Below are positions 18,237 to 26,975 of a stretch of DNA of 64,000 nucleotides, in pieces. Source of the DNA: Gloeobacterales cyanobacterium (GTDB lineage: Bacteria > Cyanobacteriota > Cyanobacteriia > Gloeobacterales > PMM-0068). The position numbers and the translations under genes were made by a program. The number at the start of each line of letters is the position of its first letter. The first letter of the stretch is position 1. The notes beneath the pieces were generated by a model, which made no database searches, had not been told where the DNA came from, and was given only the letters and a program-made list of their open reading frames with translations. The stretch spans positions 1-64,000 of the forward strand of contig JBBRSB010000002.1 of assembly GCA_038245785.1 (NCBI GenBank). Reading direction: 5' to 3'.

Positions 18237-21200
18237 TTACCGGGGAGTAGAAGATAGCTGGGGTGAGCGCCGTATCGGAGGGATAACCCGAATCGGCGTG
18301 GAAATTTCTGGGTACGTCCGGTGAATCTGGACCATTAGTTCCAGGGCGGTTGCCTTATCCCCGATGGCGATGGTCAAGGATTGGCGGGTCAGAATCTCAC
18401 TGACAATACGGGCCGCTGTTTCATGCTTGAGCGCTTCTTGGCGCAGGAAATCAAAAATCCGGGCCTTGGCTACCCGTCCCCGATTAACAGCCGAAAGGAC
18501 CCGCACAAAATAGGGAGCCAATTCTGCTAGACGCTCCGGGTTATCAGCGGCGTAGTCTGCCAGATAGTTGGTAGCAAATAGCTGCAGTCCCGCCGAAGGA
18601 TGCTCGCTCAAGCGCATCAGGTAGTGCTGACCATGCCCACCCTGGAAGTGCTGGGTAATCAGCTCACGGCCAAAAGCCTGCACCTCTTCCCGTACGCTGT
18701 CGCAGATGCTGATCAGTAGGTCTGGCGTACATTCTTCTGGCTGGAGGTGGGTGGTAAGTAGCTCCCGACCAAAGGCTCTGGTGTCTTCCCATCGACCATC
18801 CAGAAAACGGGCAGCAATCAGCAATTGCTGGGGGTCTTGGCGGAGCTGAGGGAATTGCTGGAGGAATAGAGAACGGGCTGCCTCGCGCACCGCCAGAATT
18901 TCATGATTAGCTAGTTTGACCAGTTCTATCGGCTCAAAGGCAGAAGCCCAATCGGTGTAATGAGTTTGGAGGGCGATACCGCCAAGTTCTTGGGCGGCAG
19001 AAGACTTCGCTTTGAGCAAGCTTAAAGCGAGATCCGGAGAAGCCCCGATTATCCACTGAGGGATGTCCTCGTTCAGAACCCTAAGCAGATCGTTATGCAC
19101 GCCTTGATGTTGTTCACGGCGCAAGAGGACCTGAATCAGCGTTTGGGCAAGTCGTAGGGCAAAATCTGGGTGCTGACTGCCTAATTGACGGATTACGGGT
19201 CGAATGGCACTGCGGAGGTCTGGCTGTTCATGACTGGCGAGGACGGCGAATAACTCTTCTTGATTAAGCAATTGTTCCTGAGAGAGTTGGCTGAAAAGAC
19301 GAATGCCCACGGCCCGAATCGCTTCATGGGCTGAATTAATCAAGCTTGCCATCAGACCTAAGGGCAGCTGTTCTACGGGCGTTTCATGATTGAGGAGGAT
19401 ACGCCCACCCAGTTCTTGCACTTCTAAAAGCGGATGATGGAGCAGGTCAAGGACTATATCTAAATTCAAGCGGCGCATCTGTGGACTAAAAACGGTGAGC
19501 AGTAAATCCCCAATCTCTTTTACGCTTTGGACCGTCTCTGGGGTCGCAGCCATCAGACTAGCGACAAGGCGCATGACCAAAGCCTCACTCACCTCAGGGT
19601 TTAGAACTGAAGCCGTGAGCAAACGACAGGCAAAGGCACGGGTGTCGGCAGAGGAACTGTTAATCAGGGCGGATAGGAAGTGGGTATTTGCCAGAAAAGC
19701 TTCGCGATTCTGCTCTACCCAGCGATAGGCGGTAGTGCGAGCGGTTGTATCAATACAATGGGCTGCCGCCAGGACCAAATCCAGGTTAGGGGCTGTGGGC
19801 TGATAACGTGCTTGGGCGAGTTCAAAAATGAATTGAGCGGTTCCTTCGTAGGGTGTGCCTAAAAGGCGAATGAGCACGGAGAGTTCTACCTGAACCCAGA
19901 AGGCCGGACACTCCTTAAACACTTTGACTGCGAACCGATGGACTTCCTGACACGTGCTTTGCTCTAAAAGGCCCACAAGCGCTTGAGGCTGCTGTTCCCA
20001 CAAATGAGGAAAGGCTTCTTCTCGCTCAATGGGGACAGGACCTCCCGGTCTATAGGTCGGACGGCAACGCCAGGTCCGACCATTATTTTTCAGAAAGTAG
20101 CGGGGACTATGGGTATAGAGGATGTGATTGAACGGCAGATAGTTCGCCCAGCTATCCCAACGGGTCGTCTCTGTGATGCTCCGTCGCTGTCGGGAGTCAT
20201 AGCGATGGATGGTGTTCTCTTTCGGCGGCAGGGCATCCGCATCGCTGTAGGCCAGCAATACGCCCGCAGCCATCGGTACATAATCTGAGCTTTCTAAGAT
20301 GCCTAGTTTGCGGAGGGTGCGCCAGGTCCGACGACGCAGATATTCACGGGTGCCACTGCTGTAGGCATAGGTAGCCTCTGGCGTTTTTAGATATTGCTTA
20401 AATTCTTCATTAGAAAAGTAGCGGTAGCCTCGTCTCTGGCTTGCATCTTCCATGTACATGCCGTAATCAGGAGAAGGACTCTTGTACGCTGCTCTTTCTT
20501 TTTCAAACCGATAGGATAAAAGGCCGAAGACTTCTCCATCTCTTCGGTACTCTGCCACTTTGAAGATGTGACGTACGTGCCGAAAGGAGCCATGTTTCAG
20601 GGAGATAGTCCGGAGCAGTTCAAGCAAGGCTGGACGGACGGTGCTATCGCCAGAAATATATAGAGTTTCTAAGAGTGCGAAACCCTGGGTTGGGTTCTCT
20701 GCCAGCTCTGTGCGTAGGTTGGTAACCTGTTCCTCCGTTGAGCTAAAGGAGCCAGAATCCATCAGGGCTCGTACCCGCTCAGGCCAGAGGGATAGATTTT
20801 GCTGTTGTCCTTGGCTGCGGATGTCAGGAGCCAGTTTGAAGATAGCTTCCAGGCTAATCCGCTGTACCGCTTCGGTCGTATTAGCCTGATTTAGTAACTG
20901 CTGGAGGGCAGGGACCGCGCTGGGGTCTCCACACCAACCTAAAGCCCAGGCAAGACAGTAATCTCTGAGGGCATCACCACTGCCGATCAGCCGGACTAAT
21001 AAAGGGGCCGCTTCTCCAATCTGTAGTTCTCCGGCCCGCCAGATAGCTCGCTCTAAGGGCCATTTACTCTTGGCGGCAGTTTGTCTGGAACTGAGGACAT
21101 TTTGGACAAAGCGATTGAGCTGCCCGGTCAGGGTGGAAACTGCTCCCTCTTCCTCCAATCGTTTGAGAACGTTACACTTACGGGCTTCTGGGTCTATGAC

Positions 21201-21485
21201 GGATATGCGCTTAGGGGTTGGAACAGGGGCAGGTGCGCTTGGTGCATCGCCTTCCTGATAGCCCTTTTTGACTTTGGAGGCAACCAGTTTGTCAAAGGCC
21301 CGCTGGGCTTCATTCAAGGGAAGGGCCTGTACGGTTTCTACGCCCTCTCTCAGGTTGGAGCCTCTACGCCCATAGCGGAAGTTAACCACATAGCGCCCAG
21401 GACTGACCTCACAAAGGTCTACTTCATAGACTTTGTCTGAGCTGCCTTCGCGGTAGTAGAGGCTGGTCCGTTTAATCAGTTGCAT
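18237..21485 (-). CDS. WGR-domain plus HEAT/ARM-repeat protein (retron type XIII-associated)
   Basis: N-terminal SDKVYEV...FRYGRRG...FDKLVASKVKKGY (WGR); long helical repeat region (WALGWCGDPSAVPAL). Confidence 0.85.
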   Translation of the reverse strand: MQLIKRTSLYYREGSSDKVYEVDLCEVSPGRYVVNFRYGRRGSNLREGVETVQALPLNEAQRAFDKLVASKVKKGYQEGDAPSAPAPVPTPKRISVIDPEARKCNVLKRLEEEGAVSTLTGQLNRFVQNVLSSRQTAAKSKWPLERAIWRAGELQIGEAAPLLVRLIGSGDALRDYCLAWALGWCGDPSAVPALQQLLNQANTTEAVQRISLEAIFKLAPDIRSQGQQQNLSLWPERVRALMDSGSFSSTEEQVTNLRTELAENPTQGFALLETLYISGDSTVRPALLELLRTISLKHGSFRHVRHIFKVAEYRRDGEVFGLLSYRFEKERAAYKSPSPDYGMYMEDASQRRGYRYFSNEEFKQYLKTPEATYAYSSGTREYLRRRTWRTLRKLGILESSDYVPMAAGVLLAYSDADALPPKENTIHRYDSRQRRSITETTRWDSWANYLPFNHILYTHSPRYFLKNNGRTWRCRPTYRPGGPVPIEREEAFPHLWEQQPQALVGLLEQSTCQEVHRFAVKVFKECPAFWVQVELSVLIRLLGTPYEGTAQFIFELAQARYQPTAPNLDLVLAAAHCIDTTARTTAYRWVEQNREAFLANTHFLSALINSSSADTRAFACRLLTASVLNPEVSEALVMRLVASLMAATPETVQSVKEIGDLLLTVFSPQMRRLNLDIVLDLLHHPLLEVQELGGRILLNHETPVEQLPLGLMASLINSAHEAIRAVGIRLFSQLSQEQLLNQEELFAVLASHEQPDLRSAIRPVIRQLGSQHPDFALRLAQTLIQVLLRREQHQGVHNDLLRVLNEDIPQWIIGASPDLALSLLKAKSSAAQELGGIALQTHYTDWASAFEPIELVKLANHEILAVREAARSLFLQQFPQLRQDPQQLLIAARFLDGRWEDTRAFGRELLTTHLQPEECTPDLLISICDSVREEVQAFGRELITQHFQGGHGQHYLMRLSEHPSAGLQLFATNYLADYAADNPERLAELAPYFVRVLSAVNRGRVAKARIFDFLRQEALKHETAARIVSEILTRQSLTIAIGDKATALELMVQIHRTYPEISTPIRVIPPIRRSPQLSSTPR

Positions 21486-21488
21486 AAC

Positions 21489-22913
21489 CTACACCAGTTT
21501 TTTAATCGTGCCGTACGTCCGATAGAAGTCGCCTCTGGCCGCTTGACGTACTTCTTCTACGAGATAGCGTGCCCCAGCTTCCCGGATATCCTTAGGAAAT
21601 TGAATCCTCCAGTCCCGGTTATAGCCTGGCGCGATCACCCGCATTCTTAATCGGCCTTCTTCCTGGAAGCACTCAAGGATTACACCCTGCTCGCTATCCG
21701 TCGTCGTTTCCAATTCAGCCGTGAGCGGCAGAGATTCTACGCTCTTCGGTGCCTTGATATCCACGGCCAGCGGTACGGTGCCCTCTTGGGCCTGTTGAAT
21801 CGCTTGTTCGCTAGCATCGATACAGGTGAGCATGCCTTCGGTGGTGACGATATAGAGTTTGTGATCGAGAAACTGCATCGATAGAGCAGAACCACAGCCT
21901 GTTCCTAGTTTCCAGAGACGCTTTCCATCATGGTCGAAGCAATAAATAGAAGAGCTACTGTCTCCGGCGAAGACATAGGCGCCCTCTTCCGCACTGGCAC
22001 AGGAATAGACCGTGTCATCGCAGTTATAAATCGCTTCTAGTCTGCCTTGCTTGGTAAAGCAATAAACCTTGTTATCACTGGTCCCGGCATAAACCGTAGC
22101 TTCTTCCTGCCAGCCAAAAAGTACGCTCCCCTGCGTAGGTTGATGCCAGATTTGACGGCCATCTTCCCAGTCATACATGGTGACGCCACTGCTGTGACCG
22201 TGGAAAACGCCAATCTCGTCACAGCGGACCATCCAACCGGAGGAGCCTTTACTCCGCCGAGACCACTGGGATTCATCTTCATGGTTAATCGTGGTGATAT
22301 TGCCTTCGGAATCGGAGACCCCGAGAATGCCGTCTTTAATATCGAGCCAGTAAATATCCACATCGCGCGCAATTTTATAGGCCACACGAGGGACTTTACC
22401 GCCTAAGTCGTACACTTTACCGTCGTCACATCCTGCATAGATCCAGCTATCGTCGGCTACCAGGCATTTGACGCCATCGGCGAGACGAAACTGGTTACGC
22501 ACCTGCCCCTGGTGGTCCACCGCAAAGATATGCCCCGCCTGGTTGCCGACCCAACAATATTTTTGGTTAATAAAAATCCCAAAGGTTGGATGGCCCGAGT
22601 TAAAACGCCAGAGAACGGGGGCCTGCTTCGCCGTGGAACGCTTACTGGTCACTTGCCTGCGGGTGATCGCTCGCTTGGCGCGTACGCCTGCTACCGCATG
22701 TTCATAGCCTTTGCGCAGCTTTTCATTAATCTTTTTGGTCGCATCCGCTTGCGCTTTCTCAGCCGTAGCAAAGCTGCTCACCTTAGTCTGCCCCGCGTCT
22801 CCGATACGGCCATAGCGGAGGGTCACCTGCGTTCCGGCAACGATGATTTCATAGAACTTGTGGGAACCGCCCTCTTCTTCCGAGAGCTCCAGATAGGTTT
22901 TTGTCTCTTCCAT
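21489..22913 (-). CDS. WGR-domain plus beta-propeller protein
   Basis: SHKFYEI...LRYGRIGDAGQ...KLRKGY (WGR); repeated YAGCDDGKVY/YAGTSDNKVY/FAGDSSSSIY blades. ATG 22913 preferred. Confidence 0.85.
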   Translation of the reverse strand: MEETKTYLELSEEEGGSHKFYEIIVAGTQVTLRYGRIGDAGQTKVSSFATAEKAQADATKKINEKLRKGYEHAVAGVRAKRAITRRQVTSKRSTAKQAPVLWRFNSGHPTFGIFINQKYCWVGNQAGHIFAVDHQGQVRNQFRLADGVKCLVADDSWIYAGCDDGKVYDLGGKVPRVAYKIARDVDIYWLDIKDGILGVSDSEGNITTINHEDESQWSRRSKGSSGWMVRCDEIGVFHGHSSGVTMYDWEDGRQIWHQPTQGSVLFGWQEEATVYAGTSDNKVYCFTKQGRLEAIYNCDDTVYSCASAEEGAYVFAGDSSSSIYCFDHDGKRLWKLGTGCGSALSMQFLDHKLYIVTTEGMLTCIDASEQAIQQAQEGTVPLAVDIKAPKSVESLPLTAELETTTDSEQGVILECFQEEGRLRMRVIAPGYNRDWRIQFPKDIREAGARYLVEEVRQAARGDFYRTYGTIKKLV

Positions 22914-23049
22914 GGGCCAGGGATTTTTACAGTGGGATAAATAAGTATGTCCCACCAGGCTTTGCTTTTTATCACGAGGCCAGGTTATCCTTCAAAATCT
23001 TCAATTGAAGGTATGATGTCAAGCCTAGTTTTCATAGGGCAACATTGCT

Positions 23050-23619
23050 TTGAGTCAGATTCAAGTCTTAAATTTACAGAGTCTTAACCAAGGACTTCCT
23101 GCTATTACACCCGCATTTGGAACCGCGATCGCGGAAGCAGGTGCGATTTGTCTAACTGATGAAGCTCATGAACCAGGAGTGGTACTCAAAGTTGAAGGAG
23201 AATTTTCCACTACATTCAAATTAGATTGGCAGCCAGTCACCGAGCAAATACGGCGATGTTGGAATGACAAAGAATACACAACCGAGCAAGCTGCTTATGG
23301 AATCGCATTGCTGCTGATTTTACAGCTAACGAATCTCACAGTCATTGAGCGTTCTCGCAAAGGTACTGGATTTGACTATTGGTTAGGAATCAAAGATTCA
23401 GCCGCCGTGTTGCCATTTCAACGGATGGCACGGTTAGAAGTCTCTGGAATTCGCAAAGGCAATCAGAGCCAAATCAACGCCAGAGTCAAGCAGAAAGTTG
23501 AACAAACCCGTCCATCAGACACGCAAGGGTTGCCAGCATATATCATCGTAGTAGAGTTCAGCCGACCAATTTCTATCGTTCATGCAAAGCATAATCCCGA
23601 AGGAACCGTACTCCAATGA
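23050..23619 (+). CDS. Hypothetical protein with PD-(D/E)XK-like motif
   Basis: GTGFDYWLG...ARLEVSG; ATGA overlap with the next gene. Confidence 0.6.
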   Translation: MSQIQVLNLQSLNQGLPAITPAFGTAIAEAGAICLTDEAHEPGVVLKVEGEFSTTFKLDWQPVTEQIRRCWNDKEYTTEQAAYGIALLLILQLTNLTVIERSRKGTGFDYWLGIKDSAAVLPFQRMARLEVSGIRKGNQSQINARVKQKVEQTRPSDTQGLPAYIIVVEFSRPISIVHAKHNPEGTVLQ

Positions 23620-24005
23620 GCCAGATTCAAGTGCTCCACCAACAAGCAATGGATTTAGCTGAAGCAGCAGCCGTTGCCCTTTTAAGAGGTGCTTCAGAAC
23701 AGGCTGCACAATTCACACGCCAAGCCTTTGAACAAGAAACTCGCGCCGCAGCCTTAACCGCTAGCAGCCTTGATGCCGAACCCACTCGTTCTGTTCTCCA
23801 CCGCAGTGCCGCATCTTTAGCGATCGAATGTGGCGAATTACAAGCCGCAGAACGCCTAATCGCAACCGCATTGTCTGGAAATCCGCCTCCAGAGATTGCT
23901 GAAGAACTCAAAGATTTATTCATCCAAATCAATTTAAGCCAATATCTGAAACGTCAAGGAATTCACCTTGACATCAATGAACTGCGGGGACTGGTAAGTC
24001 AATAG
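23616..24005 (+). CDS. Small all-helical (TPR-like) hypothetical protein
   Basis: Ala/Glu-rich helices (LHQQAMDLAE, RSVLHRSAASLA); translationally coupled to the upstream gene. Confidence 0.65.
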   Translation: MSQIQVLHQQAMDLAEAAAVALLRGASEQAAQFTRQAFEQETRAAALTASSLDAEPTRSVLHRSAASLAIECGELQAAERLIATALSGNPPPEIAEELKDLFIQINLSQYLKRQGIHLDINELRGLVSQ

Positions 24006-24131
24006 CTCAGATGCAAGAACCAATTTTTCAAGTTGTTCTCAAACATGGGTTATATAGACAGCTTTCCTTCTGAATTTGAGTTGGTTGGCAGCACATTTTA
24101 ATATCGCTTGGAGCGGACTGACGAAAGATCT

Positions 24132-24186
24132 TGGTGGTCCACTGCAAAGATATGACCCGCCTGGTTGCTGACCCAACAATATTTTT
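24132..24186. repeat. 55-bp copy of an internal segment of the WGR-propeller gene (22510-22564)
   Basis: Manual alignment gives 3 mismatches in 55 nt, same orientation. Confidence 0.85.
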
Positions 24187-24369
24187 CGGCCTGCGCATGA
24201 CCTAATGCTCGCACTTGCGGGTCTGGTAGTTGAAGCTACCGCCGTCATCTAGACAGTCATCGACCTGAACAAAGCGGTAGCACCACACAGCCATGATTCC
24301 AACAGCCACCATGCAGACAATAGCAATGGTCCTACGTTGCATGAATGATGGTCCAGCATTTGTATAACT

Positions 24370-24659
24370 CTAATTAGACCGTTTTTCTCGTCCATGGTAA
24401 ACCCTTAAAATCACGACCTCATCCTCGATCATGGCGTAATGAATCATAAATCCGACTTTGCCGAAAGTGACTTGCAGCTTCCGCAACCCTGCGGCTTCAT
24501 GAACAATCGCACCTCGTCGAGGAAAGGTTTCTAAACTATCTCCAGCTTTACGAATCGCTTGGACGGCTCGAAGTGCAGTCTTGGCACGATCAGCGCTATC
24601 GTCTCGTAGTGCCGTTGGATGTCTGTGAAAGCTGCCTCAGTCCACGTTACTTGGGTCAT
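24370..24659 (-). pseudogene. Frameshifted ParE/RelE-family toxin
   Basis: MTQVTWTEAAFTDIQRHYE then, in another frame, LETFPRRG...LRKLQV.FGK..FMIHY...VVILRVYHGRE*; span of 290 nt is not a multiple of 3. Confidence 0.8.
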
Positions 24660-24985
24660 GAGTGCGGCTGGTCGGTTCCCAAGCTGTCGAGCCACTCGCT
24701 AACCCGCTCATGAGATACTCCATTGCCTGTCCGTTTGTATTCCCCTAACACGTGCAAGCTGCTCTCAACCATCCCTGCATCGGTCATTGGCTGGAAGGTT
24801 AGCGTTTCGTCGAGCTGACCATACTCTAGGGCCGCTGCATCCGCATTTTGGGGTTCGTTCTCCAGCAGACGCTCGAAATCGCTCAGACTTCCACTGGTCC
24901 TCGAAAGCCAGTCCAAAACGAGTGCTTTGACTCGCTCACTGTCTAGCGCTTCTATATGATGGGCAATCGCTTGCTGATGAGTCAT
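24656..24985 (-). CDS. Probable antitoxin of the ParE pseudogene
   Basis: C-terminal GNGVSHERVSEWLDSLGT resembles ParE-partner antitoxins; ATGA overlap with the toxin. Confidence 0.65.
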   Translation of the reverse strand: MTHQQAIAHHIEALDSERVKALVLDWLSRTSGSLSDFERLLENEPQNADAAALEYGQLDETLTFQPMTDAGMVESSLHVLGEYKRTGNGVSHERVSEWLDSLGTDQPHS

Positions 24986-25151
24986 GGCTGTTTCTCAGAG
25001 TGCATAAAACAAACATTCATCGTTCTATCTATAACCTTAACATTCTGGATTCTGTCGCAAAAAGTGGTGTGCTTTGCTGGATAGGCAGATGAAAGCTCAC
25101 CCTGGTAACTAAGTTAGGATCGGTCGTGTCATTCTGTAGGACGCTCTTACT

Positions 25152-25478
25152 ATGATTCCCATAGCAAAAAACTATACCAGCTACACCCAGGCCCGAGACA
25201 ATTTCGTTAAAGTCTTGGAGCAGGTTGAACAGGGCGATTCCATTGTTGTAGTTCAGCGCCGTGGGCATTCCGATGTGGCCATGATTGCAGCCGATGAGTT
25301 GTCCTCCTTATTGGAGCAGGTTTATTTGTTGAGGTCGCCTGCCAACGCTAAGCGCCTGTTTGCGGCGCTGGAATGGTCGCAGCAGCGGTTGAGTGAACCT
25401 GCAACCCAGACCACCGTCGAGCAACTTCGCTCTGAACTGGAGGCTGAACTTGACCAAAAAGAAGCCTCCCAAACCTGA
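25152..25478 (+). CDS. Phd/YefM antitoxin
   Basis: SYTQARDNF...VVQRRGHSDVAMI...YLLRSPANAKRL. Confidence 0.9.
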   Translation: MIPIAKNYTSYTQARDNFVKVLEQVEQGDSIVVVQRRGHSDVAMIAADELSSLLEQVYLLRSPANAKRLFAALEWSQQRLSEPATQTTVEQLRSELEAELDQKEASQT

Positions 25479-25755
25479 AACTACTGAAATCATCCGCATT
25501 GTTCCAGAATTTATCCCACAGTTTCGAGAAGACTTATTGTGGTGGGCCAAGACAGAGCCCAGATTATGGGAACGACTTTGGGATTTAATTGAGTCTGTTG
25601 TTCAAGACCCTTTTTCGGGCATTGGAAAGCCGGAACCTCTCAAACACCTCAGTTCTAATCTATGGTCAAGACGCATTAATTTAGAACATCGCCTTGTCTA
25701 TCGGGTAGAGCACAACCGTATTCTGTTTGTGCAAGATCGATATCACTATGAATGA
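25450..25755 (+). CDS. Txe/YoeB toxin
   Basis: FREDLLWW, DPFSGIGKPEPLKH, WSRRINLEHRLVY; TTG start at 25450 assumed. Confidence 0.9.
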   Translation: MTKKKPPKPETTEIIRIVPEFIPQFREDLLWWAKTEPRLWERLWDLIESVVQDPFSGIGKPEPLKHLSSNLWSRRINLEHRLVYRVEHNRILFVQDRYHYE

Positions 25756-25766
25756 GTAGCACCTAA

Positions 25767-26786
25767 TCAACCAAATATATCTGCTGACTCGTTAGAAAAT
25801 TTTTTTTGCTGTTGACGCATAGCGCAGACCGCTGCGCCCCAGAGAGCCGTTTTATCATTCATAATTACTTGAACAGGTACTGCTTCCAGAAGCGAACGCA
25901 TCCGACCTTTTGTCAAGAACGCATCCATAAACCTTGTGGAGCCTTTTAGTTTCTCGATCAGCTTGGGAGCAATACCGCCCCCAACAAAGAGCCCTCCCGT
26001 TGACCTCATTTTTAGCGCCAGATTGCCTGCTTCAGCACCATAAAGTGAAATGAATTGATCCAAAGCTAGCTCACACAGAGAAGACGCTCCAGCTAAAGCG
26101 GCTTGAGTAATCAGATAGGGTAGATTCTGTTGCTGGAGCTCCTCTGCAAACCAGGCTGGTTCTGCAGCTCGACCCGTATCCCGGAAGAATTTGTAGATGT
26201 TGTATAGTCCTGGGCCAGAGAGGACTCGTTCCCAACTGACCCGTTCAAACTGATTCAAAAGATATTGCAACAGTTCGATTTCTAGATCATTGCGGGGAGC
26301 AAAATCAGCATGACCACCTTCCGATGCGATCGGACGATAGCGTTGTCCATCCCAGAAAAGCCCCGCTTCCCCCAAACCGGTTCCGGCAGAGATGAGTGCC
26401 GCATTGCCCTCAGCATTGGGTTCTCCTGGATTGAGGGTAACAAAGTCGGTGGGTTTAAGGACAGCAATACCTTCCGCGTTTGCTTCCAGGTCATTTATTA
26501 AGCCGACAATGGTTAAACCCAATCTGCTTGCCAAAACCTGGGCATCGACTACCCAAGGCAGGTTTGTGGCCTCACAGCGGCCATGTTTGACTGGACCCGC
26601 CACCCCAAAACACGCCTGAGTAATGCTCTGGGCATAAGCTGAACGAAACTTGTTGACGATCTCCTCCAGATTGGCATGTTCGCGGCTAGCAAAGGTTGCT
26701 TCTGCAAACGCAGTCAGCGCTTTCCCTTCTAACTCAAACAGTGCTAGTCGAGTATTTGTCCCGCCAATATCACCTGCAAGAATCAT
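25767..26786 (-). CDS. glk: Glucokinase
   Basis: LAGDIGGTNTR, INDLEA, SAGTGLG, ASEGGH. Confidence 0.95.
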   Translation of the reverse strand: MILAGDIGGTNTRLALFELEGKALTAFAEATFASREHANLEEIVNKFRSAYAQSITQACFGVAGPVKHGRCEATNLPWVVDAQVLASRLGLTIVGLINDLEANAEGIAVLKPTDFVTLNPGEPNAEGNAALISAGTGLGEAGLFWDGQRYRPIASEGGHADFAPRNDLEIELLQYLLNQFERVSWERVLSGPGLYNIYKFFRDTGRAAEPAWFAEELQQQNLPYLITQAALAGASSLCELALDQFISLYGAEAGNLALKMRSTGGLFVGGGIAPKLIEKLKGSTRFMDAFLTKGRMRSLLEAVPVQVIMNDKTALWGAAVCAMRQQQKKFSNESADIFG

Positions 26787-26975
26787 AGTTTAATCCTCCG
26801 CCACTGCTGACTATCGCGTGCTAACAAGGCATCAGCATTGGTTAGTCTCCAGGTTCCAACTGTGTAGTTAGGAAAGTCTGGGATTACTGACCAAATATCA
26901 AGCATGGGTGCAACTACACTCCAACCCAGCTCCACATTATCCGATCGCTGAAATAGTGATCTAAATAGCTAACAG

